The position numbers and the translations under genes were made by a program. From contig CAZMGT010000006.1 of the NCBI GenBank assembly GCA_964565895.1, positions 1,533 through 65,532 on the forward strand: a DNA stretch of 64,000 bases, read 5' to 3'. Numbering within the stretch: the first letter of the stretch is position 1; every line of letters starts with the position of its first letter. The notes beneath the pieces were generated by a model. The model was not told the DNA's origin. It made no database searches and saw nothing but the letters and a program-made list of their open reading frames with translations. Positions 49,339-59,516 of this stretch are shown one piece after another. Source of the DNA: an uncultured Armatimonadia bacterium. GTDB taxonomy: Bacteria > Armatimonadota > Zipacnadia > UBA1398 > CAZMGT01.

Positions 49339-52300
49339 CTACTCCGTGCGGCCGGGAAACACCAAGCGCAGCAAAAGACGCTTCGCGGGCATATAGATCC
49401 GCTCCTGAACGTCGTCGAGCACGGTGTAAAACGCGGGCACAACGAGCAGCGTAAGGATCGTGGAGACAATCATTCCGCCGGTTACCACGGCGGCCATGGG
49501 CTGGCGAATCTCCGCCCCGCGCCCCACGCCCACGACGATGGGCAGGAGGCTGAAGACCAACGTTAGCGTGGTCATGAGAATCGGCCGCATCCGCACCGGC
49601 CCGGAGCGGAGCAGCGCCTCCTGCCGGTCAAACCCCTGCCGGCGCAGGGTGTTCGTGTAGTCCACGAGCAATATCGCGTTCTTCGTCACCAGCCCGAGGA
49701 GCATCATGAACCCGATGAGCGACATAATGTTTAAGTGCACACCGGCGACGATCAGTCCAAGCAAGCCCCCGACCAACGCCATGGGCACGGTCATCATAAT
49801 GACCAGCGGGTAAAACCACGACTCATAGAGCGCGCAGAGAACCATAAAGATGAGCGACCCGCCGAGGAGCATCGCCCGGTACAACTTCTGAAAGCTCTCC
49901 TCTTGCCATTCCGCCACTGCGCCCCACTGCCAGCGCACGCCCGGGGGAAAGACCATTTGGTTGAGGATCTTCTCCTCAATCAGCCGCTGGAGCTTGCTCT
50001 GGGCGATGATTCTCCCGGACTCGTCGCGCCCCAAAGCGCAGGAGATGGTTACCATGCGCAGTCCGCGCCGGTGGTCAATTTGCGTGGGCCCGCGGCCCGG
50101 GGCGACGACGGCCACGTCGCCCAAGCGCACGGGCTGGTTGTTGCGAATGCCAATAATCACGTTCTCCACCTGCTCCGTGGTCACGCGGTCCTCGGGCCGC
50201 AGGCGCAGGCGAATGTCGTATTCCTCCCCCGCCTCGCGATACTCTGTGCCCACCAGCCCCTCGATCGCCCCGCGCAGAGCCATGGCGATCTCCGATACGG
50301 TAAACCCGAGCTGCGCGGCCTTTACGCGGTCGATGCGCGCTTGAATTTCCGGCTTGCCTGGCTTGTGCGAAATGTCCACGCCGATGGCTTGAGGGACCTT
50401 ATACATCTGCTCGTAAACCCGCTGCGCCGTCTCCACCACAGCCTGGGCGTCCGAGCCGGTAATCTCCAGCTCCAACGGGTTAACCCCGCCCGTTCCGTGG
50501 CGCGACTCCGTGCGCACGCGAATCTCCGCCCCGGGAATAGAGGCGAGCACGCGCTGCAGCTCGTCGGCGATGTCCTGCACGTGGCGCCGACGCTTGCGGA
50601 TCTCCTTGTCGCCGCGGCGAATGGTGATCACCCGCTGGCCGGGGTGGAGCAGACGGTCGATGAACCCCGCCTTTTCGATCAGCTTAATCGTCACCTGGCC
50701 ATATTGCGAGCCGCGCAGCGACATGGACCGCCCGGCTTCGGTAAAGATCGTCTCCACCTCGGGATACCGGCGGAGGACGTCCTCGATTTGGCGCAGCACG
50801 CGGTCTGTTTCCTCAAGCCGGGCGCTGCCCGGCAGCTCCGCGAAGATATATGCCTCGCCTTGGTCTAGGCGAGGGAAAAACTCCTTGCCCAGCCGCGGCC
50901 CGATAACGATGATCGCGAAAATCAGCGCGAAAAACCCCAACAAGATCGTGCCAAATCGCGAATACGGCCCAATCGCCCGCCGAAGCACGGGCACATACCA
51001 CCAAAAGCGACGCATCGCCGCTTCGCCCACGCGGTCCTCGCCCGTCTCCTCCGGCACGTCGGCCGACTTCAGCCAGCGCGAGGCGAGCATGGGCGTTAGC
51101 GTAAACGAGACAAACAGCGACGTGAGCGTGGAGAACGCGACAACCAAGGCAAACGGCCGGAAGAACTGCCCCACGATCCCCGTGACGAACGCGATGGGCA
51201 CGAACACGACGACGTCGCACATGGTGATGGACACCGCGGCGAGGCCGATCTCCATCCGCCCCTCAAACGCGGCCTTCGCCGGGGGCTTGCCCATTCCCAG
51301 GTGGCGATAGATGTTCTCCAGGACGACGATTGAGTCGTCCACCAAAATGCCCACGGCCAGGGCCAGGCCGAGCAACGTCATGAAGTTCAGGCTAAACCCG
51401 AGCAGGCGCACCGGGATAAACGTGGTAATCATCGAGGTGGGGATCGCCGTGAAGATGATAAACGTCGAGGGGAGGTTGCGCAGGAAGAAGAAAACGACGA
51501 GCGTCGCTAACAGCACGCCCAAGCTTAAGCTTACGCGCAAATCATGCAGCGCGTCCTCGGTGAAAATCGACTGGTCGCTGGCGATGCCGAACGAGAAGTC
51601 CGGGGGCAGCTCCTTCTTCAGCTCCTCCAGCTCCCGCTTAACAAGCCGCGCGACCTCCACGGTGTTCGATTCGCTCGTCTTCTGAATGCTTAGCTGCACG
51701 CTGGACTTGCCGTTTAGCCGGCCGATGGTCTGCACGTCGGCCGAGGTGTCGCGCACCTCGGCGATCTCCGACAGGCGCACGCGCGCCCCGCGCGGGGAGA
51801 GGAGGGTGAGGTTGCGGATTTCGTCCACGGAGACGAACTCCCCGAGGACACGCACAGCATATTCGCTGCGCCCCTCTTTAATTTTTCCCGCGGGGAGGTT
51901 TAGGTTTTGCGCGGCGAGCAGCCTGTGCAGGTCGCCCAGGGAAAAGCCCAGCGCGGCCAGCCGCCCCTGGTCTACGAGAATCTGTATCTCCCGCTCCTCG
52001 CCCCCGGCAACCGACACGCTGGCCACCCCGGGCACGTTGGCCAGGCGATCCTTCACCCGCTCCTCAACAACCATCTTCACCTCTCTGCTCGGCCGCTCGG
52101 CGGAAACGCCGATGAGCATAATGGGCATTGCCGTAATGTCGAACTTGGCGACCACGGGATCCTCGGCGTCGTCGGGAAGCTGCGCGCGCACCGCGGAAAC
52201 CCTATCCCGCACGTCCGCCGCCGCGGCGTCCTCGTCCATCCCCTCCACGAACTTAACGATAACCAGCGACAGCCCCTCCTGCGAGATAGAGCGCACGTCG

Positions 52301-52533
52301 TCCACGCCGCCGATCGAGGACACGGCATCCTCGATGGGCTCGGTAACCAAGCGCTCCATCTCCTCCGGGCTCGTCCCGGGGTAGACCGTCTGCACAGTAA
52401 TATACGGGGCGCCGATGCTCGGAAGCAGTTGCACGGGGAGCTCGCTGTAGCAGTACAGCCCGAGCACGATGAGCGCGAAGAACACCATGGACATGGCGAT
52501 CGGTCGGCGAATTGCAACGTCAGTGATCCACAT
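49339..52533 (-). CDS. RND-family efflux transporter, inner-membrane pump (AcrB/CzcA-like)
   Basis: 1064 aa with 12-TM RND topology and the typical N-terminus MWITDVAIRRPI. Confidence 0.9.
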   Translation of the reverse strand: MWITDVAIRRPIAMSMVFFALIVLGLYCYSELPVQLLPSIGAPYITVQTVYPGTSPEEMERLVTEPIEDAVSSIGGVDDVRSISQEGLSLVIVKFVEGMDEDAAAADVRDRVSAVRAQLPDDAEDPVVAKFDITAMPIMLIGVSAERPSREVKMVVEERVKDRLANVPGVASVSVAGGEEREIQILVDQGRLAALGFSLGDLHRLLAAQNLNLPAGKIKEGRSEYAVRVLGEFVSVDEIRNLTLLSPRGARVRLSEIAEVRDTSADVQTIGRLNGKSSVQLSIQKTSESNTVEVARLVKRELEELKKELPPDFSFGIASDQSIFTEDALHDLRVSLSLGVLLATLVVFFFLRNLPSTFIIFTAIPTSMITTFIPVRLLGFSLNFMTLLGLALAVGILVDDSIVVLENIYRHLGMGKPPAKAAFEGRMEIGLAAVSITMCDVVVFVPIAFVTGIVGQFFRPFALVVAFSTLTSLFVSFTLTPMLASRWLKSADVPEETGEDRVGEAAMRRFWWYVPVLRRAIGPYSRFGTILLGFFALIFAIIVIGPRLGKEFFPRLDQGEAYIFAELPGSARLEETDRVLRQIEDVLRRYPEVETIFTEAGRSMSLRGSQYGQVTIKLIEKAGFIDRLLHPGQRVITIRRGDKEIRKRRRHVQDIADELQRVLASIPGAEIRVRTESRHGTGGVNPLELEITGSDAQAVVETAQRVYEQMYKVPQAIGVDISHKPGKPEIQARIDRVKAAQLGFTVSEIAMALRGAIEGLVGTEYREAGEEYDIRLRLRPEDRVTTEQVENVIIGIRNNQPVRLGDVAVVAPGRGPTQIDHRRGLRMVTISCALGRDESGRIIAQSKLQRLIEEKILNQMVFPPGVRWQWGAVAEWQEESFQKLYRAMLLGGSLIFMVLCALYESWFYPLVIMMTVPMALVGGLLGLIVAGVHLNIMSLIGFMMLLGLVTKNAILLVDYTNTLRRQGFDRQEALLRSGPVRMRPILMTTLTLVFSLLPIVVGVGRGAEIRQPMAAVVTGGMIVSTILTLLVVPAFYTVLDDVQERIYMPAKRLLLRLVFPGRTE

Positions 52534-52583
52534 GGTTGTTCGTCACCGAGTCTCCGAGCATCGCCGGAGGAATGGCGCAGGCG

Positions 52584-54476
52584 TCATTTTGCCCGTTTTG
52601 CGCCAGGGGCGAAGGCGCTTGAGGAAGGGGAGTTGCGCACGACGACGGCCACGCCGTGGGACAGGCTCTGCTGCCCCGCGACGACGACCTCCTCCCCGGC
52701 CTCAATGCCGTGAACGATCTCCGCCTTGTCGCCGTAGGTCAGGCCCACTTCCACCTCGCGCTCATACGCCTTGCCCCCCTTGACGACATAGACGATGGTC
52801 TTCTCCCCCCGCTGAAGGAGCGCGTCTTTGGGAATGATCACCGCGTCCTCGGCCACGGCGGTGGGGATACGCCCGCGGGCAAACATCCCCGGCTTAATGC
52901 GCGGGTCGGGGGGCAGGGAGATGCGCAGGGTAAACGTGCGGCTCGCGGGGTCGCCCGCGGCGAGGATGGAGAGCACGCGGCTCTCCTCGAACACCACCCC
53001 GGGCACGCCGTCTACCTCGGTGAGCACGGGGTCGCCCACACTCAGCAGGGCCACCTTTTTCTCGGAAACCGTGGCCTCAAAATACAGCGCCTCGGGGTTG
53101 ACGATCTGCAGCAGCGCCCCGCCGAACATTACCGTCTCGCCCGGGTCCACGAGCCGCTTATTAATGACCCCGCTAATGGGGGAGACGATGGTGCGCTTTT
53201 TCAGCTCCGCCGTGTAATAGGCGACAGCGGCCTGTGCCGCTTTCACCGCAGCGCGCGCGGCGGCAATATCCTCCTCGCTGATTTCCACTTTGATCGAGCC
53301 AGACTTGGCTTGCTCGAGCTGGGTGAGGGCGGTTTCCAGAGCCTTTTGCGCGGCGGCGACCTCCTGCTCGGCGGTGTCTACGCGCAGGGTGTTCGCGAGG
53401 ACCTTGCGCAGGTTAGCCTCGGCGGTAACCACCGCCTGCTCGGCCACGGCGACATCCTCCTCGCGCTGGCGAATCTGCAGCCGCGCCGCCTCGGCCGTGG
53501 CCACCCCCGCCTCGGCCTGCATTACCGCTTGCCGGGCGGCTTCGATGTCCTCCTTCGTCGGGCCCTCTTGCACAAGGCTCAGCGCTTGCTGCGCCTGGAC
53601 GAGCTGGGCCTTCGCCGTCTCATAACGCAGGCGCGCTGCATCAACCACGGTCTGGGCCACGGCGCCCTCGCGCAGGAGGTTTTGCATCCGCGCATACTCC
53701 GTGCGCGCGTTGTCTAGGTTGGCCTGGGCAATGTTCACCGCCTCCTGCGCCTGCCGCCGCTCCTGATCGCGCGCCCCGGCGAGCAGGCGGTCCAGCCGCG
53801 CCTGCGCCTGGCGCTTCGCCGCCTGCGCCTGGGCAATGCTTGCCTCGACTTGGCTGCGTGTCTGCTCCAGCGCCGCCTGCGCCTGGGCCAGGCGGGCCTT
53901 CGCTTGCTCTGCCGCGGCCTGCGCCTGCTTTACCGCCTCCGCGTGCTCCTTCGCGGCCAACTCGCGCGCGAGCTCCGCCTCACGCAGGCGCACCCGCGCC
54001 AGCTCCACCGCCTGCTCTGCGGCCTCGATCCCCGTGTCCGTCTGCACGCCCGTTAGCTTATACCCTCGCTCGGCCTGCGACAGCCGCACGCGCGCCGATT
54101 CAAGCTCGGCCTTTGCCCGGCGCAGGTTGGCCTCGATGTCCGCGGAGTCTAAGCGCACGGCAACCTGCCCCGCGCGAATCCAGTCCCCCTCCTTGCCCGC
54201 CACGTAAACGATGCGCCCCGTGGTCGTCGAGCCGAGGAGCACGTCGTGCAGGGCTTTAATGTTGCCCGTAACCTCCTCGTAGACGACGAGCCGGCCGCGC
54301 TGGGCGCGCTCCGTCTCCACGGGCGCTGCGGCGACCTCGTCGCTCTGAGTAACCTGCGCGGCGCTGGGCCGCCGGGCGCAGCCGCAGAAAAAAGCCCCGG
54401 CGAGCGCCAGCAGCACGCAAAACATCGCTGCGCCTGCCGCACGGCTGCTGCTCCTTGCTCTCGCGGAGCGCATCAT
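52584..54476 (-). CDS. RND efflux membrane-fusion (periplasmic adaptor) protein, unusually long coiled-coil
   Basis: HlyD-like lipoyl/beta-barrel ends flanking an Ala/Gln/Glu/Arg-rich coiled-coil of about 350 aa. ATG at 54476 preceded by GGAAGGTGA. Confidence 0.8.
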   Translation of the reverse strand: MMRSARARSSSRAAGAAMFCVLLALAGAFFCGCARRPSAAQVTQSDEVAAAPVETERAQRGRLVVYEEVTGNIKALHDVLLGSTTTGRIVYVAGKEGDWIRAGQVAVRLDSADIEANLRRAKAELESARVRLSQAERGYKLTGVQTDTGIEAAEQAVELARVRLREAELARELAAKEHAEAVKQAQAAAEQAKARLAQAQAALEQTRSQVEASIAQAQAAKRQAQARLDRLLAGARDQERRQAQEAVNIAQANLDNARTEYARMQNLLREGAVAQTVVDAARLRYETAKAQLVQAQQALSLVQEGPTKEDIEAARQAVMQAEAGVATAEAARLQIRQREEDVAVAEQAVVTAEANLRKVLANTLRVDTAEQEVAAAQKALETALTQLEQAKSGSIKVEISEEDIAAARAAVKAAQAAVAYYTAELKKRTIVSPISGVINKRLVDPGETVMFGGALLQIVNPEALYFEATVSEKKVALLSVGDPVLTEVDGVPGVVFEESRVLSILAAGDPASRTFTLRISLPPDPRIKPGMFARGRIPTAVAEDAVIIPKDALLQRGEKTIVYVVKGGKAYEREVEVGLTYGDKAEIVHGIEAGEEVVVAGQQSLSHGVAVVVRNSPSSSAFAPGAKRAK

Positions 54477-55903
54477 TGCCGCTCACCTTCCGCCTGGTCG
54501 GGCGCAGGCAGCTCGGGCCCCGGCGCCCCGCCCTCGGGCAGCGCCAGCGGGCCAAGGCTGCGCACCCCAATGGCGTACTCAAGCTCGCAGATCGCAAGCT
54601 GGTAGTCGTAAATGGCCTGGGCTAAGTTGGTCTGCGCCTGGGTAAGGGCAACCTCGGCGTCTTTCACCGCAATGCGCGGGCCCACGCCGTTTTTGTAGGC
54701 AAGCTGGGCCACGCGATAGGCCTCGCGCGCCTGCTCGATATTCGCCTGGGCGACCTTTATCGCGTCGCGGGCGTGCTCGAGGTTGGTCAGCGCCTGCTTA
54801 ATCTGCAGCTTAATTCCGCAGATGGCCACCTCGCGCTTGGCCCGCGCCTCCTCGGCCTGAAGCTCGGCCTTTAGCGCGCGGGCGTCCACCGCCTTTTGCC
54901 TGCCAATGGGCTTGGAGAAGACAATTCCCAACTGCCAGCTTAGCCCCTTAACAAACGGGCTCCCCGTGAGATACTGCATTCCCCCTTGCAAAAGCACGCT
55001 TGCCTTCTTGCTTGCCCGCTCGAGCTTCGCGCGCAGCTCGGCGCCCTCCACGGCCTTGTCCAAAATAGCGATCTCCGGGCGGTTTTTCAGCGCGGCTTGC
55101 TCCGCCTGCGCGGGGTCCACGGTAATGAACTGCACCGGCCCGGGCTCTTGGATCGCCGTCTTCGTGTCCAGGGGCAGGCCCATGGCGTCGTTGAGCGCGC
55201 TGCGCGCAAGCTCCACGCCGGTTTCCGCGAGGACGAGGCTATGCTCGGCGTTGGCCAAGTCCACCCGCGCCTGAATGGCGTCCAGCCGTGCCGCAGTGCC
55301 CACGTCTACCCGAGCCTCGGCAATGCGCAAGTGCTCCCGCGCGCGGCTTACCGCCTCCTCGGCCACGTTGCGCAGGCGCAGGGCCTTGAGCAGGCCGTAG
55401 TACGCCCGCTTAACACCGATGATTACCTGCTGCTCCGCTTGGGCGCGCTGAAGCTCCGACGACTCTACGCCCACGCGCGCCAGCTCGCGCGAGATGCGCT
55501 CCCGCCGGCCGACGTAAAGCGGCTTGGTCGCGGAAATCCCTATGGAGGTGGTAAACGGTTGGCCGAAGGTCATCCTGCGCGTCTGGCCTGTGAGGGGATC
55601 GGGGAACTCGATCGTCGTGAGCGGGCCGCGATAGGTTCCGCTTGCCGTGGACTGGAGCTGCCAGCTCTTAATCGCCTCGGCTTCCTGGTAGCCTACACGT
55701 GAGACGTCTACCGCGCGGTCCGCCGCGGCGAGCGAGGGATGCTTTTGCAGGGCAATGTCAATCGCCTCGTCGAGCGTCAGCCCGCGCGGCCCATCCTGCT
55801 GAGCCGAGGCCCAGGCGCAGCCGAGCAGCAACCCCAGGATGCAGAAAAGCAAAAGGCACGCGCCGCTGCGCCCGTTTGCCCTGCTTGCCCTGCTAGCGAC
55901 CAT
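54473..55903 (-). CDS. TolC-like outer-membrane efflux protein
   Basis: Signal peptide and two OEP repeat halves. Overlaps the MFP start by 4 nt. Confidence 0.85.
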   Translation of the reverse strand: MVASRASRANGRSGACLLLFCILGLLLGCAWASAQQDGPRGLTLDEAIDIALQKHPSLAAADRAVDVSRVGYQEAEAIKSWQLQSTASGTYRGPLTTIEFPDPLTGQTRRMTFGQPFTTSIGISATKPLYVGRRERISRELARVGVESSELQRAQAEQQVIIGVKRAYYGLLKALRLRNVAEEAVSRAREHLRIAEARVDVGTAARLDAIQARVDLANAEHSLVLAETGVELARSALNDAMGLPLDTKTAIQEPGPVQFITVDPAQAEQAALKNRPEIAILDKAVEGAELRAKLERASKKASVLLQGGMQYLTGSPFVKGLSWQLGIVFSKPIGRQKAVDARALKAELQAEEARAKREVAICGIKLQIKQALTNLEHARDAIKVAQANIEQAREAYRVAQLAYKNGVGPRIAVKDAEVALTQAQTNLAQAIYDYQLAICELEYAIGVRSLGPLALPEGGAPGPELPAPDQAEGERQ

Positions 55904-56162
55904 CAGCGCGCTCCTCTTCGTGCTCCAAAATGCTCGCGACGATCGCCGTCATCATCTCTTGCAGCGCGTGAACGCTGTCTAGCTTGACAAGGGAGATTCC
56001 TACATGGACGGGGTGGCGAAAGACAAGCAGCTTGTCGCCGGGCTGCACGCCGCACTCCTGACGAGCCTTTGCCGGGATGACCACCTGGCCCCGCTCGCCC
56101 ACGGTTACCGCGCCGTAAAAGTAGTCGTCGAGCGAGACCTCCTGGCGTTTTTCCTTGGCCAT
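55893..56162 (-). CDS. AbrB/MazE/SpoVT-family DNA-binding protein
   Basis: Swapped-hairpin motif VTVGERGQVVIPAKARQECGVQPGDKL. Overlaps the tolC start by 11 nt. Confidence 0.7.
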   Translation of the reverse strand: MAKEKRQEVSLDDYFYGAVTVGERGQVVIPAKARQECGVQPGDKLLVFRHPVHVGISLVKLDSVHALQEMMTAIVASILEHEEERADGR

Positions 56163-56414
56163 TTTCCATTCCTCAATGAGGCTGGGGCCGCTTTTCTTAG
56201 GCCATTATATCGGCGCTGGCGGCGGTATGCAATACATGCTTTACATGAAAAAGCGCACAAATCACACCGCCCCCGCCCGCTGAAAACCGCGGGCAGGCCA
56301 GGCGTCCTTGGCGTTGGGTATCAGTTTTGTCTCCAGCGAGCGAGGAACCTTCTGCGGGCAAAAAGAGATCCTTGCCATCTGCGCTGCGCCGTGCTAGCAA
56401 GCAAATTGTTTTTG

Positions 56415-56443
56415 TTGCAACGTTGCCACCGCTGTAGTATAGT
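56415..56443 (+). promoter_or_regulatory. Candidate sigma70 promoter (TTGCAA-17-TATAGT) for the nucleotidyltransferase gene
   Basis: Hexamers read directly from the sequence, about 90 nt upstream of the TTG start at 56534. Confidence 0.45.
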
Positions 56444-56533
56444 CTGTGCGGCGCCGTGGCGGGGGCAGCGAACCTTATGGCCGAGCGACATGTTCAGCCT
56501 TAGGGTTACGCTTGCGGAAGGGGCTGTTTTGCT

Positions 56534-57652
56534 TTGAAGGCTGTCGTCCTTGCGGCGGGTCGGGGGACGCGCATGCTCCCCCTCACGAAAACCCGCCCCA
56601 AGGTGATGATCCCTGTCCTGAACATCCCCATCCTCGAGCATATCATCAAGGCCGTGCGCGACGCGGGGATCCGCGAGTTCCTGCTTGTCACGGGCTACCT
56701 CGAGGAGCAGGTGAAAGCACGTCTGGGCGACGGCTCGCAGTATGGGGTGAGCATCGAGTACGTCTCCCAGCCCACCGACCCCGACGCCCCCTATGGCACG
56801 GCCGCCGCCGTCTCCCTCGCCCGCGACTTCGTGGGCAACGAGCCGTTTTTCCTGACCTTCGGCGACATCATGACGCCTAAGCAGAACTACCGCTATCTGC
56901 TCGAGGCCTACGAGGCCGACCGCGACGCGTGCTGGCTCTGCGTAAACAGCACGCGCGACGTATCTACCGGCGGGGCGGTGTTCGTCGAAGATGGGATGGT
57001 CGTGAAGATCGTCGAGAAGCCGGCTCCGGGGACGGTGGACACGAACTTCATCAACTCCGGTATCTTCATCATGAAGCCGGACATCTTCGAGGCGATCAAA
57101 GGCCTCGAGCCCTCCTCGCGCGGGGAGTACGAGCTGCCCTCGGCCGTCACGCGGCTTATTAAAGACGGCGTGCGTTTTAAGGCGCATCAGCTCGTGGGCT
57201 ACTGGTCGAACCTGTCCAGCCCCGCCGAGGTGATTTGGCTGAACAACCTGCTCATGCAAAAGCTCGCTGCCTCGTTTGCGCGCATTTCGCGCGAGATGGG
57301 CCTGCGCATTGCCCGCGGCGAGAACTTCCACGGCCTTGTCTGCGTAGGCGAGGATACGGAGATCAGCCCGCAGGCCGAGGTCGTCGGCCCGGCGATCATC
57401 GGCGACAACTGCCACATCGGCCGCGCGCGCATCGGGCGCTATACGTGCATCGGGAGCAACTGCCGCGTCGCCGACGGCTCCACGGTCGTCGCTTCGGCGC
57501 TGTTCGAGCAGTCCAGCGTGGAGGAGAACGCCCGCGTGGGGTTTGCCATTTTGGGCAGCGGGGTTAAGGTGGGGCGGGGGGCAGCGTGCCTGGGGACCTC
57601 GGAGAGCGCCGCGGTGGTCGAGGACAACGGCGTCGTTACCTCGTCGGGCTAG
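56534..57652 (+). CDS. Sugar-phosphate nucleotidyltransferase with C-terminal left-handed beta-helix domain
   Basis: LAAGRGTRM...P.TKTRPK signature, then hexapeptide repeats. TTG start with GGAAGGGG upstream. Preferred over the antisense ORF 56321..57415. Confidence 0.8.
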   Translation: MKAVVLAAGRGTRMLPLTKTRPKVMIPVLNIPILEHIIKAVRDAGIREFLLVTGYLEEQVKARLGDGSQYGVSIEYVSQPTDPDAPYGTAAAVSLARDFVGNEPFFLTFGDIMTPKQNYRYLLEAYEADRDACWLCVNSTRDVSTGGAVFVEDGMVVKIVEKPAPGTVDTNFINSGIFIMKPDIFEAIKGLEPSSRGEYELPSAVTRLIKDGVRFKAHQLVGYWSNLSSPAEVIWLNNLLMQKLAASFARISREMGLRIARGENFHGLVCVGEDTEISPQAEVVGPAIIGDNCHIGRARIGRYTCIGSNCRVADGSTVVASALFEQSSVEENARVGFAILGSGVKVGRGAACLGTSESAAVVEDNGVVTSSG

Positions 57653-57682
57653 CGAGAGGCCGACAGCCGGCCCGAGCGTTAA

Positions 57683-58156
57683 CTATTTCCCCTTCTCTTC
57701 CTCCGACGTTTGCTTTGGCGCTTGTGTTTGCTGCTCCTGGGCGCGCTTTGCCCGCGCCACATCGGCCAAAAACCGCACTACCTCGCCGTAGACGCGCATC
57801 TCTTGCTCGCGCTTTTTTCCGTGCAGCTCGCGAAAGTCCAAAAGAGCGAGAAAGAAGGCGAAGAACGCCAAAATAAGCATCGCCGCGAGCGCCAGCGCTT
57901 GCTGAAGCGCCGTTTTAAACACGCCGAGAAAGCTAACCCCCATCAACCCGAGCACCGCCCCGAGGAGGGCGACAACAGCGAGCCGCGAGAGCCTTTGCCG
58001 CGCGCTGAGCACCTCGCCCGCTCTGCGCCACTGCCCGATCTCCCACAGGAGCAGGCAAAGCAGAGCAACGAGCAGCACCAACACGACGACGAGCCCGCCC
58101 ACTGCGCCCTCCGCCTCTCCCCGGGGCCCTTGCCGCCGGAAGTGAGAAATCACCAC
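57683..58156 (-). CDS. Small polytopic membrane protein, hypothetical
   Basis: Three hydrophobic helices and a Lys/Glu-rich tail. GTG start uncertain. Preferred over the His/Arg-rich antisense ORF. Confidence 0.4.
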   Translation of the reverse strand: MVISHFRRQGPRGEAEGAVGGLVVVLVLLVALLCLLLWEIGQWRRAGEVLSARQRLSRLAVVALLGAVLGLMGVSFLGVFKTALQQALALAAMLILAFFAFFLALLDFRELHGKKREQEMRVYGEVVRFLADVARAKRAQEQQTQAPKQTSEEEKGK

Positions 58157-58213
58157 GCCGCACGGAGGGCCGCCCGGGTTAGTTGTCGAGCTCCGCGTTC
58201 CCCTCTGCTCGGC

Positions 58214-59362
58214 TCAGCCGGAAAGGGCGAGCACAACCTTCGTCGTATAGCGCAGGTCTACTTCCTCGGGAATGATCTCCGGCGCCGCGCCGCCCACCCC
58301 AGGGATCGTCGCGCCGGCGACGATCCCGTAGTCCATGGTCTTGATCGTAAACTCGCGCGAGATCGTCTCCTCCATGCGCACCACACGGCCGGACTGCAGC
58401 CCGAAGAACGTTAGGCGCTTGCCCTCGGTTAGCGCGGCGTCGAACTTGCGCTCGCCGAGGTCCACGGTAACCGTAAGCGGCGACTCGTAGCGATATTGGC
58501 TTTCGATCAGCGCGCAGGGCTCGCCGCCCTCCGAGGTAAACCCGACGAGGCGGTGTTTTGCGTCAACCTCGCGCGAGGTCCCCTGGGCCAGGTCGTCGAT
58601 TACGGTAATCGGCCCCTGCCAGGTCTGCCCTACATCAACCGGGCCCTGGGGCAGGGGGAGATAGGCCAGGGCAAACTTCGCCTCCGCGGCCACCCGCCCC
58701 GGGCCATCGCTCACCGCTCCCGTGGCGCTCACCGCGAGGCTCGTGCTCCGCCCCACGCCGGCAAGGCGCACATAGCGGTCCAGGTAGTCCATTAGCCCGG
58801 AGACCAGCTCGCGCTCGACCACCGCCCCGCCGTCGGCAACGCTCACCACGCGCTCCGTGACTTCGGCGTTGAGGATCCCGGCCAGCGCGCGATAGAGCAT
58901 CTCCGGAACAAGGTGCCGCTGCTTAGTGCGCACGTCGAACACGTCGGTCTCTCCGCTAATGCGGTAGCGCAGCCTCTGGCCCTCGGTGAATTTATAAGCG
59001 AGCTTTACGGGCGGGGTAACGTTGGCGCTGTTCGCCACGCGAACCTTAATCGAGGCCTCGCTTATCGTCTGCCCTGCGGCGTTAACCTCCGTCGCCTTCA
59101 GCTCGTGCTCGCCATCGGCAACGGAGTTCGTGTCCCAGACGAACGTGCACGGCGGGGCCTGGGCTTGGAGAAACTTTCCGTCTACGCGCAGGATGATGTA
59201 TGACTCCTCCGACGTGGGCCAGGTAACGGTTATCGTCACCTGGTCGGAAACGACGTTGGTCGGGCCCATTCCCGCGACTTGGATCTCAAGCGCTGCAGCG
59301 GGGAAAAGCCCAACGAGAGAGAACAAAAGGGCGAAGGCGCAAACTGCGGGCATTTTTCTCAT
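58214..59362 (-). CDS. Secreted beta-rich hypothetical protein
   Basis: Signal peptide from MRKMPAVCAFALLFSLVGLFPAAA. ATG at 59362 with GGGGAG upstream. Confidence 0.5.
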   Translation of the reverse strand: MRKMPAVCAFALLFSLVGLFPAAALEIQVAGMGPTNVVSDQVTITVTWPTSEESYIILRVDGKFLQAQAPPCTFVWDTNSVADGEHELKATEVNAAGQTISEASIKVRVANSANVTPPVKLAYKFTEGQRLRYRISGETDVFDVRTKQRHLVPEMLYRALAGILNAEVTERVVSVADGGAVVERELVSGLMDYLDRYVRLAGVGRSTSLAVSATGAVSDGPGRVAAEAKFALAYLPLPQGPVDVGQTWQGPITVIDDLAQGTSREVDAKHRLVGFTSEGGEPCALIESQYRYESPLTVTVDLGERKFDAALTEGKRLTFFGLQSGRVVRMEETISREFTIKTMDYGIVAGATIPGVGGAAPEIIPEEVDLRYTTKVVLALSG

Positions 59363-59516
59363 CGGCGTTCCGCTCCCCACGTCGCACGGTTTCCGGCAAG
59401 TATAACACACAGCGCGCGCAGGACTGTTCGACAGCGGCGGACAGACCCTGGGCGCAGGACGTTTCCTTGGGGGAACTTCGCGCAGCCCGCCCCCAGCCCC
59501 TCCCTCGACTTTCCCC

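Noticed and set aside
53280-54100. Repetitive DNA (recurrent gcctgcgcctgggc-type units) that might suggest a CRISPR-like or tandem-repeat array.
   Set aside because: The repeats are imperfect and codon-phased. They encode the Ala/Gln coiled coil of the membrane-fusion protein. There are no spacer/repeat regularities. The same explanation applies to repeats at 10400..11000, which fall within the low-complexity secreted protein.
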